This document shows, piece by piece, positions 17,859-27,878 of a stretch of DNA of 38,637 nucleotides. The DNA is from an uncultured candidatus Brocadiaceae bacterium (GTDB taxonomy: Bacteria > Planctomycetota > Brocadiia > SM23-32), in the NCBI GenBank assembly GCA_964644705.1, contig CAZXYF010000003.1, forward strand, positions 1 through 38,637, read 5' to 3'. The first letter of the stretch is position 1, and each line of letters opens with the position of its first letter. The notes under the pieces are model-generated. The model was not told the DNA's origin. It saw nothing but the letters and a program-made list of their open reading frames with translations, and searched no databases. Position numbers and translations under genes: made by a program.

Positions 17859-20800
17859 ATGCCAGATCTGATCGAGGAGTTTCGCAAACCGCCCGCCCGC
17901 TACCGTGGAAAACCATTCTGGGCCTGGAATGGCGAACTATCTGCTGATGAACTTCGTCGCCAGATTCGAGTGATGAATGAAATGGGACTGGGCGGGTTTT
18001 TTATGCACTCACGAGTGGGCCTGAACACCGATTATCTGTCGGAGGAATGGTTCCGAATGGTTCGGGCCTGTATCGATGAGGCTGAAAACCAGGGCATGGA
18101 AGCCTGGCTCTATGATGAGGACCGGTGGCCGTCGGGAGCGGGAGGGGGCTACGTGACCCGGCATGAGAAGTATCGCCGCCGCAGCCTGGTTATGACTTTG
18201 AGGGACGCGGAAAATCTTGACCCAGAGATGGATTATCTCGCGCTCTTTGCCGGTGACGTGGCGGAACGTTCGGTGCGGAACCTGCGGCGTCTTGAAGACT
18301 TGGATGCTGCGCGGGAGTTGGCCGGGGAAGACCGGACGATCCTTGCTTTCAGCGTCAAAATTGATGACCCCAGCCCCTGGTACAACGGCTACACATATCT
18401 CGATACGTTGAACCAGGAGGCGGTCCAGAAATTTATCGAAGTAACGCATGAGTCGTACCTGCGGCAGGTCGGGGACCATTTTGGGGAAATCGTGCCCGGT
18501 ATATTTACGGACGAGCCCAATTACGGGACGGTGATGGAATCGGTTGAAGTGGAGGGAGTTGAGGGAACGGCCATACCATGGAGTGTCCCGTTGCCAGAAA
18601 CATTTCGGGAGCGATATGGCTATGATCTGATGGAGTATCTTCCGGAGGTCTTTCTGGATCCGGATGGTGACCCCATATCCCAGGTCCGGTGGCACTATAT
18701 GGATTGTATAACGCATATGTTCACCGAGGCGTTTGCCCGTCAGATTGGAGACTGGTGCGAGGCCAATGATCTCCTCCATACCGGACATGTATTAGAAGAA
18801 CCGACTCTTGCCTCCCAAACGCGTGTGGTTGGGTCGGCGATGCGGTTTTACGAGCACATGCAGGCACCGGGCATGGACTGCCTGACCGAACACCGGCCGG
18901 AGTACGGAACGGCGAAGCAGTGTTCCAGTGCCCAACGTCAGATGGGGCGCCGCTGGGTTCTCAGCGAAACATACGGTTGCACCGGGTGGGACTTCCCTTT
19001 CGAAGGCCATAAGGCTGTCGGCGATTGGCAGGCGGCCCTTGGCGTGAATCTCCGGTGTCAGCATCTTTCGTGGTATACGATGGCCGGTCAGGCCAAACGG
19101 GATTATCCGGCGTCCATCCATTATCAGTCTCCCTGGTGGCGATTTTACGATCATGTGGAGGATTATTTCGCCCGGGTCAATAGCCTGTTGAGCAAAGGCA
19201 ATGCGGAACGCTCGGTTCTGGTTATTCATCCCGTTGAAAGTGTCTGGGCGCTGGCCGGTCAGGATTGGGAAGACCATGAGATTGTGCAGGAAATGGATGC
19301 AAAACACAGAACGCTGCGTCGCTGGCTTCTGGAAGAACATATTGATTTTGATTATGGCGACGAGGGTATGCTGGAGGAGTGGGGTGAGGTGATGGCCGAT
19401 GAACAGAATCCCCAATTGCGGCTGTGCCAGGCCCATTACAAGACAGCACTTGTTCCCCCCATGGTCACCATGCGGCGTACGACGGTTGAGTTGCTCGAGC
19501 AGTTCGCTGCTGCTGGCGGCAATGTGATTTTCTGTGACGCCCCACCCACTCACGTGGATGCGGATGTGGTGGACCCGGAGGTGTTCGAGTTTGTTACCCG
19601 CTGTATCGACGTTGCGTTTGAGCGGACGGAAATTGTCGATGCCGTCGGGGCAGCCTCCCGCACCGTTAGCATTCGGAAGGAAAACGGTGGTGAACACTCG
19701 GACGTGCTGTATCAACTGCGTCACCACGACGGCAATCATTATTTGTTCATCTGTAACACGAACCGGGAGGAAACAGCGGGACCTCTCACTGTGGAAGTCT
19801 CCTGCGCCGGTCCGGTGCAGCGGTGGGATGCGGAGAATGGACAGCGTTATCAGGTTGAAGCGGAAAAGAAGGAGAGCGGCGTCAGGTTTTCTGCATCGCT
19901 CCCAGCCTCAGGAAGCGCTCTGTTTGTGCTCGGACGGCAGGACGAGAACGTGATTGAAACTGATCATCGGACGGAGATCCGCCGTGAGGAACTGGGCGAA
20001 GACGGCTGGACCATTCAATTGAGTGAACCCAATGTTCTGGTTCTTGATTACGTGAGTTTTCGAGTGGACGGGGGAAAGTGGCATGGGCCCGACGAAGTGC
20101 TGAAAGCGGATCAAAAGATCCGGGACAGGATGGGTGTGGAACGACGTGGTGGACGTATGGTCCAGCCGTGGAAACGACAGAATGGGGAGTCGGGCGCGCG
20201 GGTGATGCTGGAGTTGGCCTCAGAGTTCCAGATTGATACATTGCCAGAAGGACCGATGGAACTGGCTCTGGAACAGCCCAATCGCTACACAGTAGAGATC
20301 AACGGGCATAAACTGCTGGCGGACGCTGATTGTGGTTGGTGGGTTGACCGCGCGATTCGCACCATTCCGTTGGATCCGACAGTCCTGCGGGAAGGCAAAA
20401 ATACCCTGAAATTGCAGGGTCCCTACGATCAAGAAGCCGGATTGGAGGCGGTATATTTGCTGGGTGATTTCGCTGTCACTCTCATGGATTCTGAGCCGTA
20501 CCTGAAACGATCCCTCGATCCGGGATTCGGTGATTGGACCCGGCAGGGAATGCCGTTTTACAGTGGCGCAATGACCTACCGCAAGAAGTTGGAATTGGAG
20601 AAATCGCCCGATTGCTCGGGAGTGCGTGTGGCGTTTCCCGATTTTCGTGGGGCCTGCGCCCGGGTATTGATCGACGGGGAAACGGCTGGGATTGCGGGGT
20701 GGCCCCCGTACGAGGTGGATATCACTGAACATGTGGGAAACCGAAAAGAAATCGAGCTGGCGGTGGAAGTGATTTCGCACCGGCGGAATACCTTTGGCCC

Positions 20801-20936
20801 GCTTCACAATATCGAGACCCGGCCTGAGTGGACCGGTCCGGCCCAATTTGTCAGTGCTGGCGAACAGTGGCAGAGAGGATACAATCTTGTTCCCACAGGA
20901 TGCATGGTGCCCCCCGTTTTGTGTTATTATGACTGA
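17859..20936 (+). CDS. Glycoside hydrolase, GH106 / alpha-L-rhamnosidase-like
   Basis: PFWAWNG, GGFFMHSRVGL, WLYDEDRWPSG, GIFTDEP, SETYG and KRDYP motifs; C-terminal beta-sandwich domains. Confidence 0.85.
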   Translation: MPDLIEEFRKPPARYRGKPFWAWNGELSADELRRQIRVMNEMGLGGFFMHSRVGLNTDYLSEEWFRMVRACIDEAENQGMEAWLYDEDRWPSGAGGGYVTRHEKYRRRSLVMTLRDAENLDPEMDYLALFAGDVAERSVRNLRRLEDLDAARELAGEDRTILAFSVKIDDPSPWYNGYTYLDTLNQEAVQKFIEVTHESYLRQVGDHFGEIVPGIFTDEPNYGTVMESVEVEGVEGTAIPWSVPLPETFRERYGYDLMEYLPEVFLDPDGDPISQVRWHYMDCITHMFTEAFARQIGDWCEANDLLHTGHVLEEPTLASQTRVVGSAMRFYEHMQAPGMDCLTEHRPEYGTAKQCSSAQRQMGRRWVLSETYGCTGWDFPFEGHKAVGDWQAALGVNLRCQHLSWYTMAGQAKRDYPASIHYQSPWWRFYDHVEDYFARVNSLLSKGNAERSVLVIHPVESVWALAGQDWEDHEIVQEMDAKHRTLRRWLLEEHIDFDYGDEGMLEEWGEVMADEQNPQLRLCQAHYKTALVPPMVTMRRTTVELLEQFAAAGGNVIFCDAPPTHVDADVVDPEVFEFVTRCIDVAFERTEIVDAVGAASRTVSIRKENGGEHSDVLYQLRHHDGNHYLFICNTNREETAGPLTVEVSCAGPVQRWDAENGQRYQVEAEKKESGVRFSASLPASGSALFVLGRQDENVIETDHRTEIRREELGEDGWTIQLSEPNVLVLDYVSFRVDGGKWHGPDEVLKADQKIRDRMGVERRGGRMVQPWKRQNGESGARVMLELASEFQIDTLPEGPMELALEQPNRYTVEINGHKLLADADCGWWVDRAIRTIPLDPTVLREGKNTLKLQGPYDQEAGLEAVYLLGDFAVTLMDSEPYLKRSLDPGFGDWTRQGMPFYSGAMTYRKKLELEKSPDCSGVRVAFPDFRGACARVLIDGETAGIAGWPPYEVDITEHVGNRKEIELAVEVISHRRNTFGPLHNIETRPEWTGPAQFVSAGEQWQRGYNLVPTGCMVPPVLCYYD

Positions 20937-21045
20937 CGAATCTGGTTGTTTTGGAATACAGATACGGAATTGGACCATGTTTGGAACCCGGCCCATTGGT
21001 CGGACATTCCTGGATGATGGTGTCAAGTAACGCTCGGGAGGGAAA

Positions 21046-21432
21046 ATGATGATTGCTGGTGAAAGAAGGCTGACCATGATCGAGGTCATCGCGGTGATTG
21101 TTGCGGTCGTGCTTCTGGTGGCCAGTATAATCCCTCTCTACTTTTCAATGGTGGGAAGGACGCAGGAGGCCGAGATTATCTCCACGTTGAGGCGTGTTTC
21201 GGCGGCGCAAAAAATGTATAAAGGGGAGTTCGCCCGGTATCCCGACGATAAAAGTGACCTTGAATCAGCCGGGTTCATCGACCCAGAGGATTATGATGAT
21301 TTGAAGTATCTGGAGTATTCTGAAATCAGCATACCCTCCGCTGGCGTGAGTCGCTGGAGTGGCACTATTGAAGGATACGATTACAATCAGGTTGAGATGT
21401 TGCCCGGCGGAAAGGTGTCACGCTCAGAATAG
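21046..21432 (+). CDS. Type IV pilin / pseudopilin-like protein
   Basis: RRLTMIEVIAVIVAVVLLVASIIP N-terminal motif with E5, followed by TLRRVSAAQKMY. Confidence 0.75.
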   Translation: MMIAGERRLTMIEVIAVIVAVVLLVASIIPLYFSMVGRTQEAEIISTLRRVSAAQKMYKGEFARYPDDKSDLESAGFIDPEDYDDLKYLEYSEISIPSAGVSRWSGTIEGYDYNQVEMLPGGKVSRSE

Positions 21433-21436
21433 AAAG

Positions 21437-21991
21437 ATGCTTCCCATGACGCAGGATGATCGTCCGTCGAACAGGAATGCTGGTTTTTTTCGTCGTGTCA
21501 GGAGATGGGTCGGTGGGGTGAAAAGATCGGCGGATGAAAGATTCGGGCTGCTTTCCCGATTTGTGCAGTTTGGTGGCGTGGGGGCATCGGGGGTCATCGT
21601 TGATCTGAGTTTCCTGACAATTTTTTTGCAGCTCGGGGGGGCGATGGCCGTCTCGCGGATTCTGGCAATATGGATTGCCATGACGTGGAATTATTTCGGG
21701 AATCGAGCAATCACTTTCCGTGACAGTGAACGCTCCGCTCCGTTCAGGCAGTACGGAAGGTTTGTGGCTTCATGCAGTCTGGGAGCAGGAATCAACTGGA
21801 CCGTGTCCATGTTGCTGATTTACATGGTTCCGAAGTTCTTTTTGCAGCCGCAGCTGTGTGCTCTGGGTGGGATCATGGCGGGCCTGGTGAGCAATTTTGT
21901 TCTCGCCCATCGCTGGGTTTTTGCGCGGAGGGAATCCTCGAGTGAGATCGATGATTCACTCCGGGATGAGGGAAATGGCTGTTCAGGTTAG
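21437..21991 (+). CDS. GtrA family membrane protein
   Basis: RFVQFGGVGASGVIVDL, WNYFGNRAITF and NFVLAHRWVF motifs; four TM segments. Confidence 0.9.
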   Translation: MLPMTQDDRPSNRNAGFFRRVRRWVGGVKRSADERFGLLSRFVQFGGVGASGVIVDLSFLTIFLQLGGAMAVSRILAIWIAMTWNYFGNRAITFRDSERSAPFRQYGRFVASCSLGAGINWTVSMLLIYMVPKFFLQPQLCALGGIMAGLVSNFVLAHRWVFARRESSSEIDDSLRDEGNGCSG

Positions 21992-22150
21992 CCGAGTTGT
22001 TCCATGGAGCCGATATTTGAACGGCTAACGTGTGTGTGTCCTATCCGGCCTGCTGGATGTCGCCGGATAAAAATAAGGAGTTTCCTGTCCGTTTTTGCTT
22101 CCCCCACGCAGCAGGCGGCGCGGCGGGTTGATGGAGGCTGTGGAAAACGA

Positions 22151-22717
22151 TCACTTTTTCTTTCTCATCTTTTTCGCCTTCCGCATCAGTTTTTTGAATT
22201 TCTGGCGACTTACTCTTTCCACGCGGCCGTCGCGGAAGAGCACCATTCGAGAACCATTGCTTTTGAACGAACGCCTCTCCCACATGATGGGGATGTCCGG
22301 ATTCACATTCCGTAATGTGTTGGGGAGGTGGGATGGGAAGACATAATCGATATCGTCCGGATAGTTCTTCACGGCGTCTTCGCGGCTTGGGTGGTAAAAA
22401 ACCTTTTTGTTGTCTATGTAATCGTTCAGCACCACCGGGAATTTATCGCGCGGTGGTAACTTGCCGTCGTGGTCATTGACATACCACGTTACGGCCATAT
22501 ACAGCTCTCTGAGGTGGTTCATTGACTGGTTGCTTCTGGCCTTCTCGCGGGTTTTCATGAAGCGTTTCCAACTGCCATTTATGTCGCGACAGGACACCAG
22601 TGCCAGCGTGTCGGGTGGAAGAGTGTCCTCCAGCTGCACGGAATCCGCTGCCCGGGCCGTGCTGAGTGCAAGCATCGACATCAAGACAACGATCAACCAG
22701 GTCGCTTTACGTTTCAT
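22151..22717 (-). CDS. Exported protein with DUF1559/H-X9-DG-like C-terminal module
   Basis: Signal peptide (ARA), then REKARSNQSMNHLRELYMAVTWYVNDHDGKLP and MVLFRDGRVE. Confidence 0.7.
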   Translation of the reverse strand: MKRKATWLIVVLMSMLALSTARAADSVQLEDTLPPDTLALVSCRDINGSWKRFMKTREKARSNQSMNHLRELYMAVTWYVNDHDGKLPPRDKFPVVLNDYIDNKKVFYHPSREDAVKNYPDDIDYVFPSHLPNTLRNVNPDIPIMWERRSFKSNGSRMVLFRDGRVERVSRQKFKKLMRKAKKMRKKK

Positions 22718-22853
22718 ATGTTAGCCCTTCCCCATAAAAAGTAGATTGTCCCAACTGTATGCTCAGTAAACCGTATCCCTGCCTTTTATGCAAGTAAGGT
22801 GTACCCAGACCTCCGTGGTCCTTCAGACCACTGGGTTTTTGATGCCCTGCTTG

Positions 22854-22969
22854 CCGGGCTTGCCCCGGTAGAAGGGTGTACCTGTGCACTAAGCGGTCTT
22901 GCAGAGATGTCCTGAGGTTCTGGCAAGTAAAAAGAGCAAAAAACCTGAGAATCGCCGGGGCAAACCCGG
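22854..22969. repeat. MITE/REP-like element with 15-bp imperfect terminal inverted repeats (IS200/IS605-like hairpin ends)
   Basis: CCGGGCTTGCCCCGG (22854-22868) and CCGGGGCAAACCCGG (22955-22969) are inverted with one mismatch; each is itself a hairpin. Confidence 0.55.
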
Positions 22970-23086
22970 CGGATTTCCTCGATTGTTCAGCCTTGTGTGT
23001 GGGTTGATACCTAAACATTCCCACGGCAAGCGCGGGGGGGCCGTCCACACGACACAGCATCAACCAACAGCAAGATCTCGCGGCGT

Positions 23087-26000
23087 TTATCGCCGAATAT
23101 CCCCGAAATCGGTCGGTTGCCAACCGCCAGCGGTGCGCACGAAGCGAATCGAGCGCCCTGTCGCCAGGTCGATGATAATTTCTCCCGGATGGTGCTGTAA
23201 TTCCGCCGGGCCGAGATGCCCGCCCGTGGCGTCCTGGAAGACGGTGATAAGTGGATTCTCCGGGTTTGTCCGGTAGGTTGCGGTGGCCGGGAAGTGTCGG
23301 CAGTCGGCGAATTTATACCCCCAGTGCACATCGTTCAAATCCCGTTCCGGCTGGAGGGATATATCGAGGTCGGGGTGACCCAGGAGCTGCAGGTAGAGTG
23401 TGGCCTCGTCGCCCTCGACGAAAAAGTTCGGTTCGTCGGTCGGCAGCCGCGTTCGTCCCCCGCACTGATACTGCGCGGTCACCTGTCCACAGGCAGAATC
23501 GGGCGTGACGATGTCATCCAGCAGCACCAGTTCAGTATCGCTCAGCATGATCAGATGCCGCACAACCCGTTTGGCGGCTCCGCGGTAGGCAGCGGTTGCG
23601 TCGCAGGCGAGATACCGCAGGTCCCCCTCTTCGGCATAACTGAGTTTGCCGACGTAGCCGCGTGGTTGCTCGGGCGTCGTGCTGTCGATGATCGGCAGGC
23701 TGTGGTGTTTCGGCTCGCCCTTGTAATATCCCGGATCGATCATAAGTCGCTCACCGCGAACGTGGATGAAATAACTGCCCGTATCCGGCTGGTTGTGATG
23801 GGTGTATGGCGGGCGCGATCCCTTCAATCCCGCGGTCAGTGTGCAGTCATAATTCATATTGGAGCGCATGATGCCGTATTGAATGTCGTCCAGAACCATA
23901 ACCGTGGGGAGTTCGGGTTGATCGTGCTGCTCCGGTATGTCCGGCCGGAACAACAGTCCCCAGAAACCACCGCAGGAATAGGGGGTTGGTCTGTCAGCTT
24001 TCTGACGCTGAACATATTCGCGTTGAGCATGATCACCGTACCAGGCGCCGAACTTATCGTCGTAGTGGGCCGCGCAAAACCAGGCAATGGGACTGCCAAC
24101 GGGCAACGGGATGGTATCGTTGAAACCATGGAGGTTTCCATCATTGCTGAGCGATATTTTCACCATGTTCATGGCTTTCCGCATAGCTGGATGACTCAGC
24201 AACCCGTCGTCATCCCCCCGCATGCGTTCGAGGGCCACCGCAAACTTCAAAAAGCTTGTCGTTCCATATTGCCAGTATTGCGCGCCCTCGGTGTTGCCCC
24301 CTTCTGTCCCATTGCAGTAGTCCAGCCAGTTTCCAATAAATTTACGGGCGTAATACAGCCCCTCGCGTGCCAGCTCGGGACGTTCCCTCAGCAAAACCAA
24401 ACTTAACACCCCACCGCCTGAATTGCAGACCGGATTAGCGTTGGGAATGGCGGTTGTGTTCCAGTGTCGTTCCCGCGCAGTTTTGAGATACAACTTTAGA
24501 ACTCGTGTCAGCAAGCGAATCCAGATCTCGCGTTCCTCATCACTGAGATGTTGATGAAAAGCGTCGTAGGATATCGCCAGAGATTTCGCCAGACCGCCGG
24601 TGTTCAGCTCCATATATGGCGAGGTGATCATCACTTCATCGGCGACTTCGATGTATCGGGTGGCCAGACGGATAAGGCGGTCGTCACCGCTCAGCACCCA
24701 TTTTTTGAAATATTTGCTACCCTGTGAAGCCAGATGCACGCGGAATTCATTGAAGCATTCGATGGCGCACTGCAGAACCGTGCGATTGTGCCGGAACAGT
24801 TCCCGGTCGCTCAGGTCATCCGGTTGGGATTCCAGAATCTCGCGTGTCTCCCGGGGAATCGCAATCTCGGAAAACGCTTCCTCCGAATAAAAATCGGGAC
24901 GGGCGAGCAGCTCATTGAGCGCATCCAGAACCGTGCTGACGGCCTCCTCGGATTCATTGGTTGTTCGGTCGATTTCGCGGAAAGCCTCTTTAGCAGATTC
25001 AGGCATGAGATTCCAGATGTAGAGATGTGCCCGCGGTCCCTCCTCATCCTCCTGCGGAAGCATGGATTCCCGGGCAATTCGGAGCCAGTTGCCCGCGGAG
25101 GGGGTTACCTCCAGCGATGCCTCGTGGGGGGGATCGGGGATTTCCCCTTCGTCGAAATCGCTTTCGTCCGGCTGCATACCGCTGACAATATGCTCAAAAG
25201 CCGGCTTTTCAGCCTTACGTCGGAGCGATTCCAGCTCGTCTTCGTTGAAGAACAGGTAGGGATGATTCAGTTCATCCAACTCGATCCCATGTTCCTCGTC
25301 CATTCCGGCTCGGAGTGTTACCGCCCCCAGCTCGGTCCGGGGTTGGTTTCTCTCCTCAAACGCCACTCGGAAACGCGTATACTGGGGGCGTTCAAGCTGC
25401 AACTGGATCGGAATCCGGGCGGTGCCAGGTGAGAGCTCGAGGTTGTGGGAACGCGTTTCTCCGGGACGATCTTCCCCACGATCCTGCGTGAGGGCCAGGG
25501 TCCCGCGTATTTCCTCCGAGGTATGGTTGGTCAGGACAACTGAGGCGTCCGTTTTGCCTTCGGACTGTTCGCCCGCGACGAGATTCAGTTCCCCCAGCGT
25601 GACTGCCGGGAGAGTGTCGCTAAAAACGAATTCGCCGAACCGTTCGGAGTGATTGAAACCCAATTGCACGGGAGCGCTGCCCCGTATTTCCGGATAATTC
25701 TTTCCCCAGCGGGTGTGCGCGATCACTCCTCGAACCACATCGCCGGGATTCGGCTTTTCAAGCTTCAGAGTGTCGAAAGGGAGGGTGGCGCTGAGTTCCC
25801 AACCGGAGTCCAATACCTCGACATCGCAGGACACTCCCGCGGGGTTATCCTCGGGGGTGAGCACGCGTCCGCTGCTCGCGAGAATAATCTGGACCTGATC
25901 CAGGTCCCGGTTGTCGTCGGGCAGCACGCGGAGTTCAATATGGTCCTGCTCCCAGAAGTGAGGACTGGATGGGGACCGGTCGGGGTGAATGATGGGCTGT

Positions 26001-26239
26001 GGGTCATCGATGGTGGCAGCGACGTGGAGCCCCGCCGCATCATAGGACATTTTCAGGATCGGGGGTTGTTCGGGGATGGATTCGCCGAATGGGTCTGTTG
26101 TCAGCGGAACCCCGGGGCAATTGCTCAGATGACTGGCCGGTTCCCTGTAGATTTTGTATCGTGGCGGGGAAAAACGGTTGCGGGGTTGAAAACCGGCGTG
26201 GAGATGGTGCTGAAGGTCTGAGGATTGTGATCCATTCAT
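23087..26239 (-). CDS. Heparinase II/III-family protein with N-terminal CBM9-like domain
   Basis: N-terminal WEQDHIEL...GWELSATLPF (CBM9-like), helical core with EGAQYWQYG, and HHNQPDTGSYFI...LMIDPGY beta domain. Confidence 0.75.
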   Translation of the reverse strand: MNGSQSSDLQHHLHAGFQPRNRFSPPRYKIYREPASHLSNCPGVPLTTDPFGESIPEQPPILKMSYDAAGLHVAATIDDPQPIIHPDRSPSSPHFWEQDHIELRVLPDDNRDLDQVQIILASSGRVLTPEDNPAGVSCDVEVLDSGWELSATLPFDTLKLEKPNPGDVVRGVIAHTRWGKNYPEIRGSAPVQLGFNHSERFGEFVFSDTLPAVTLGELNLVAGEQSEGKTDASVVLTNHTSEEIRGTLALTQDRGEDRPGETRSHNLELSPGTARIPIQLQLERPQYTRFRVAFEERNQPRTELGAVTLRAGMDEEHGIELDELNHPYLFFNEDELESLRRKAEKPAFEHIVSGMQPDESDFDEGEIPDPPHEASLEVTPSAGNWLRIARESMLPQEDEEGPRAHLYIWNLMPESAKEAFREIDRTTNESEEAVSTVLDALNELLARPDFYSEEAFSEIAIPRETREILESQPDDLSDRELFRHNRTVLQCAIECFNEFRVHLASQGSKYFKKWVLSGDDRLIRLATRYIEVADEVMITSPYMELNTGGLAKSLAISYDAFHQHLSDEEREIWIRLLTRVLKLYLKTARERHWNTTAIPNANPVCNSGGGVLSLVLLRERPELAREGLYYARKFIGNWLDYCNGTEGGNTEGAQYWQYGTTSFLKFAVALERMRGDDDGLLSHPAMRKAMNMVKISLSNDGNLHGFNDTIPLPVGSPIAWFCAAHYDDKFGAWYGDHAQREYVQRQKADRPTPYSCGGFWGLLFRPDIPEQHDQPELPTVMVLDDIQYGIMRSNMNYDCTLTAGLKGSRPPYTHHNQPDTGSYFIHVRGERLMIDPGYYKGEPKHHSLPIIDSTTPEQPRGYVGKLSYAEEGDLRYLACDATAAYRGAAKRVVRHLIMLSDTELVLLDDIVTPDSACGQVTAQYQCGGRTRLPTDEPNFFVEGDEATLYLQLLGHPDLDISLQPERDLNDVHWGYKFADCRHFPATATYRTNPENPLITVFQDATGGHLGPAELQHHPGEIIIDLATGRSIRFVRTAGGWQPTDFGDIRR

Positions 26240-26514
26240 GAGAGGACTCCAGTGGGGGATTGTGGGTAACGGACGGTGGGTATTACAGAAAAGATTCTGA
26301 GATCGTCTGATCTGCTGATAGATGATGCCACATGTGACCTATATAAAACAAGCCGCGGGACGGAGGATCAAGCAAAAATATGCTGTCCCCAGTTTTCTTC
26401 GGTTTCCTCAGTGCTCTCCAAAATGTTCAGAAGTGAGTTTTTGCGGGGTTTTCAGGTGCTTTTGAGCCCGGAATAGTGATCATCTCGCAAACCACGTTAT
26501 TCCAGAAGGGCCCA

Positions 26515-26552
26515 CTACCGGGCTTGCCCGGTAGGAATGTACTTCTGCACTA
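26515..26552. repeat. Second copy of the GGGCTTGCCC hairpin repeat
   Basis: Perfect hairpin CTACCGGGC-TT-GCCCGGTAG followed by tgtacttctgcacta, similar to 22854-22891 (tgtacctgtgcacta). Confidence 0.6.
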
Positions 26553-26728
26553 TCCGAAGATGCGCAAACAACGCGACAGGGCCTTCTGGCAGGGCGCTGG
26601 AGCCATCAAGAAGATCCTGTGGTTTGCTCCCCACGAGAAAGGCTTCCGGGGATCGGACGGTTTCTGGATCGCATAAATTGTGGGTGGTTTCTCCGGATGC
26701 ACCTGCGGTAATGCGGATGTAGGGCGGG

Positions 26729-27253
26729 TCATAGCAGGCAGAAGGTGACGATGACGATCATGACGACCCCGCAGAAAACCTTCGCGATACTTCCCAGTAT
26801 TCGTCCGATCAGTGCTCCTCTGGCCACTTTATTAGCCGCAGTGAAGGTGCGGGATCGCTGGTATTCGACGATGTATGCGCCCGCGAATGTTCCCACGAGA
26901 GCGCCGAGAATGGATCCGATGATCGGGAGGACGAAGGAACCGGCAATGGCACCGATGATACCACCGGTTATCGCTCCGAAGGAACTCCAGATACTGCCCT
27001 CGGCCTGACTGGCCCCCAGAAAACCAGCTGCTGCTTCGATCAGTTCCGCGATGATACCCAGCGCCAGCAGTATGGCCACAACCCACAGGGAAAGCATTTG
27101 GCCGCCGGTGGCCAGGCTGAGGATAAGTGCGGCGATTACGATCAGGAACTCCCCCGGCACCCCGAAGGGGATGATCACGATACCGGCGATCATCACCAGG
27201 TACAGCACGATGTAGCCGATGCCGGTGCCCAAAAGCTGCAGGAACTCTGTCAT
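26729..27253 (-). CDS. DUF456 family membrane protein
   Basis: IIPFGVPG motif, Gly-rich GAITGGIIGAIAG...GALVGTFAGAYIVE TM segments. Confidence 0.85.
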   Translation of the reverse strand: MTEFLQLLGTGIGYIVLYLVMIAGIVIIPFGVPGEFLIVIAALILSLATGGQMLSLWVVAILLALGIIAELIEAAAGFLGASQAEGSIWSSFGAITGGIIGAIAGSFVLPIIGSILGALVGTFAGAYIVEYQRSRTFTAANKVARGALIGRILGSIAKVFCGVVMIVIVTFCLL

Positions 27254-27867
27254 TCCGCATTCTCCGAGCGCCGTGGCAGTCGTTTGGTAGCCCTACTGAT
27301 GAAATTGCTGACAACCTGCTGCATGGCCGCCGACATGGCTTGCGCCAGGCCCGTGAGGTCATCGCTCTTCTGCGCCTGAACTTTTGCCACGGGTGTGATA
27401 GCGAACAGGATGTCATGGTCTTGATCCGTGCAGGTCAGTTCGATTTTGAGTACGGCAGAAGTCTGACCGTTCTCATTGAACTCATAGAACTCAAGGACCT
27501 GGCCATAGACCTGGTATTCGTGTCGGCCGGGCAATGTGCCGTCGGTGACTTTACGGAAAAGGTTGGAAGCCCGGAGGCACGTCGTGAACGTTTTGTGGGC
27601 GAGTTGGGCCGGAGGAGAAGCCCAGTGACGATAACGGTCGTAGTGCAGGCGATAAGGACTTGTGCGGTAGGCGATCGCCGATTGGCCGTAGCTGTTGACC
27701 GCCGTGAACGGATGCACGGTGACGGCCGCCTCTATCCGCTCCGATTCCGGCACTGGTTTGGTGGTGGGACATGCCAGATCGTAGTATTCGGTCCGGGGCA
27801 AACCGTTGCATCCGGCTATCAGGACCGAGATGATCGCCAACATAATATAATTGCGGTATGTGCTCAT
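27250..27867 (-). CDS. ABC transport auxiliary lipoprotein (PqiC-like)
   Basis: Lipobox LIAGC, YYDL, IAYR and RHWASPP; downstream of the MCE gene. Confidence 0.85.
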   Translation of the reverse strand: MSTYRNYIMLAIISVLIAGCNGLPRTEYYDLACPTTKPVPESERIEAAVTVHPFTAVNSYGQSAIAYRTSPYRLHYDRYRHWASPPAQLAHKTFTTCLRASNLFRKVTDGTLPGRHEYQVYGQVLEFYEFNENGQTSAVLKIELTCTDQDHDILFAITPVAKVQAQKSDDLTGLAQAMSAAMQQVVSNFISRATKRLPRRSENAE

Positions 27868-27878
27868 GGAATGGCCCT

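Noticed and set aside
26476-26676. 66-aa ORF near the hairpin repeat
   Set aside because: It runs through the repeat and has no RBS or recognisable transposase motif.
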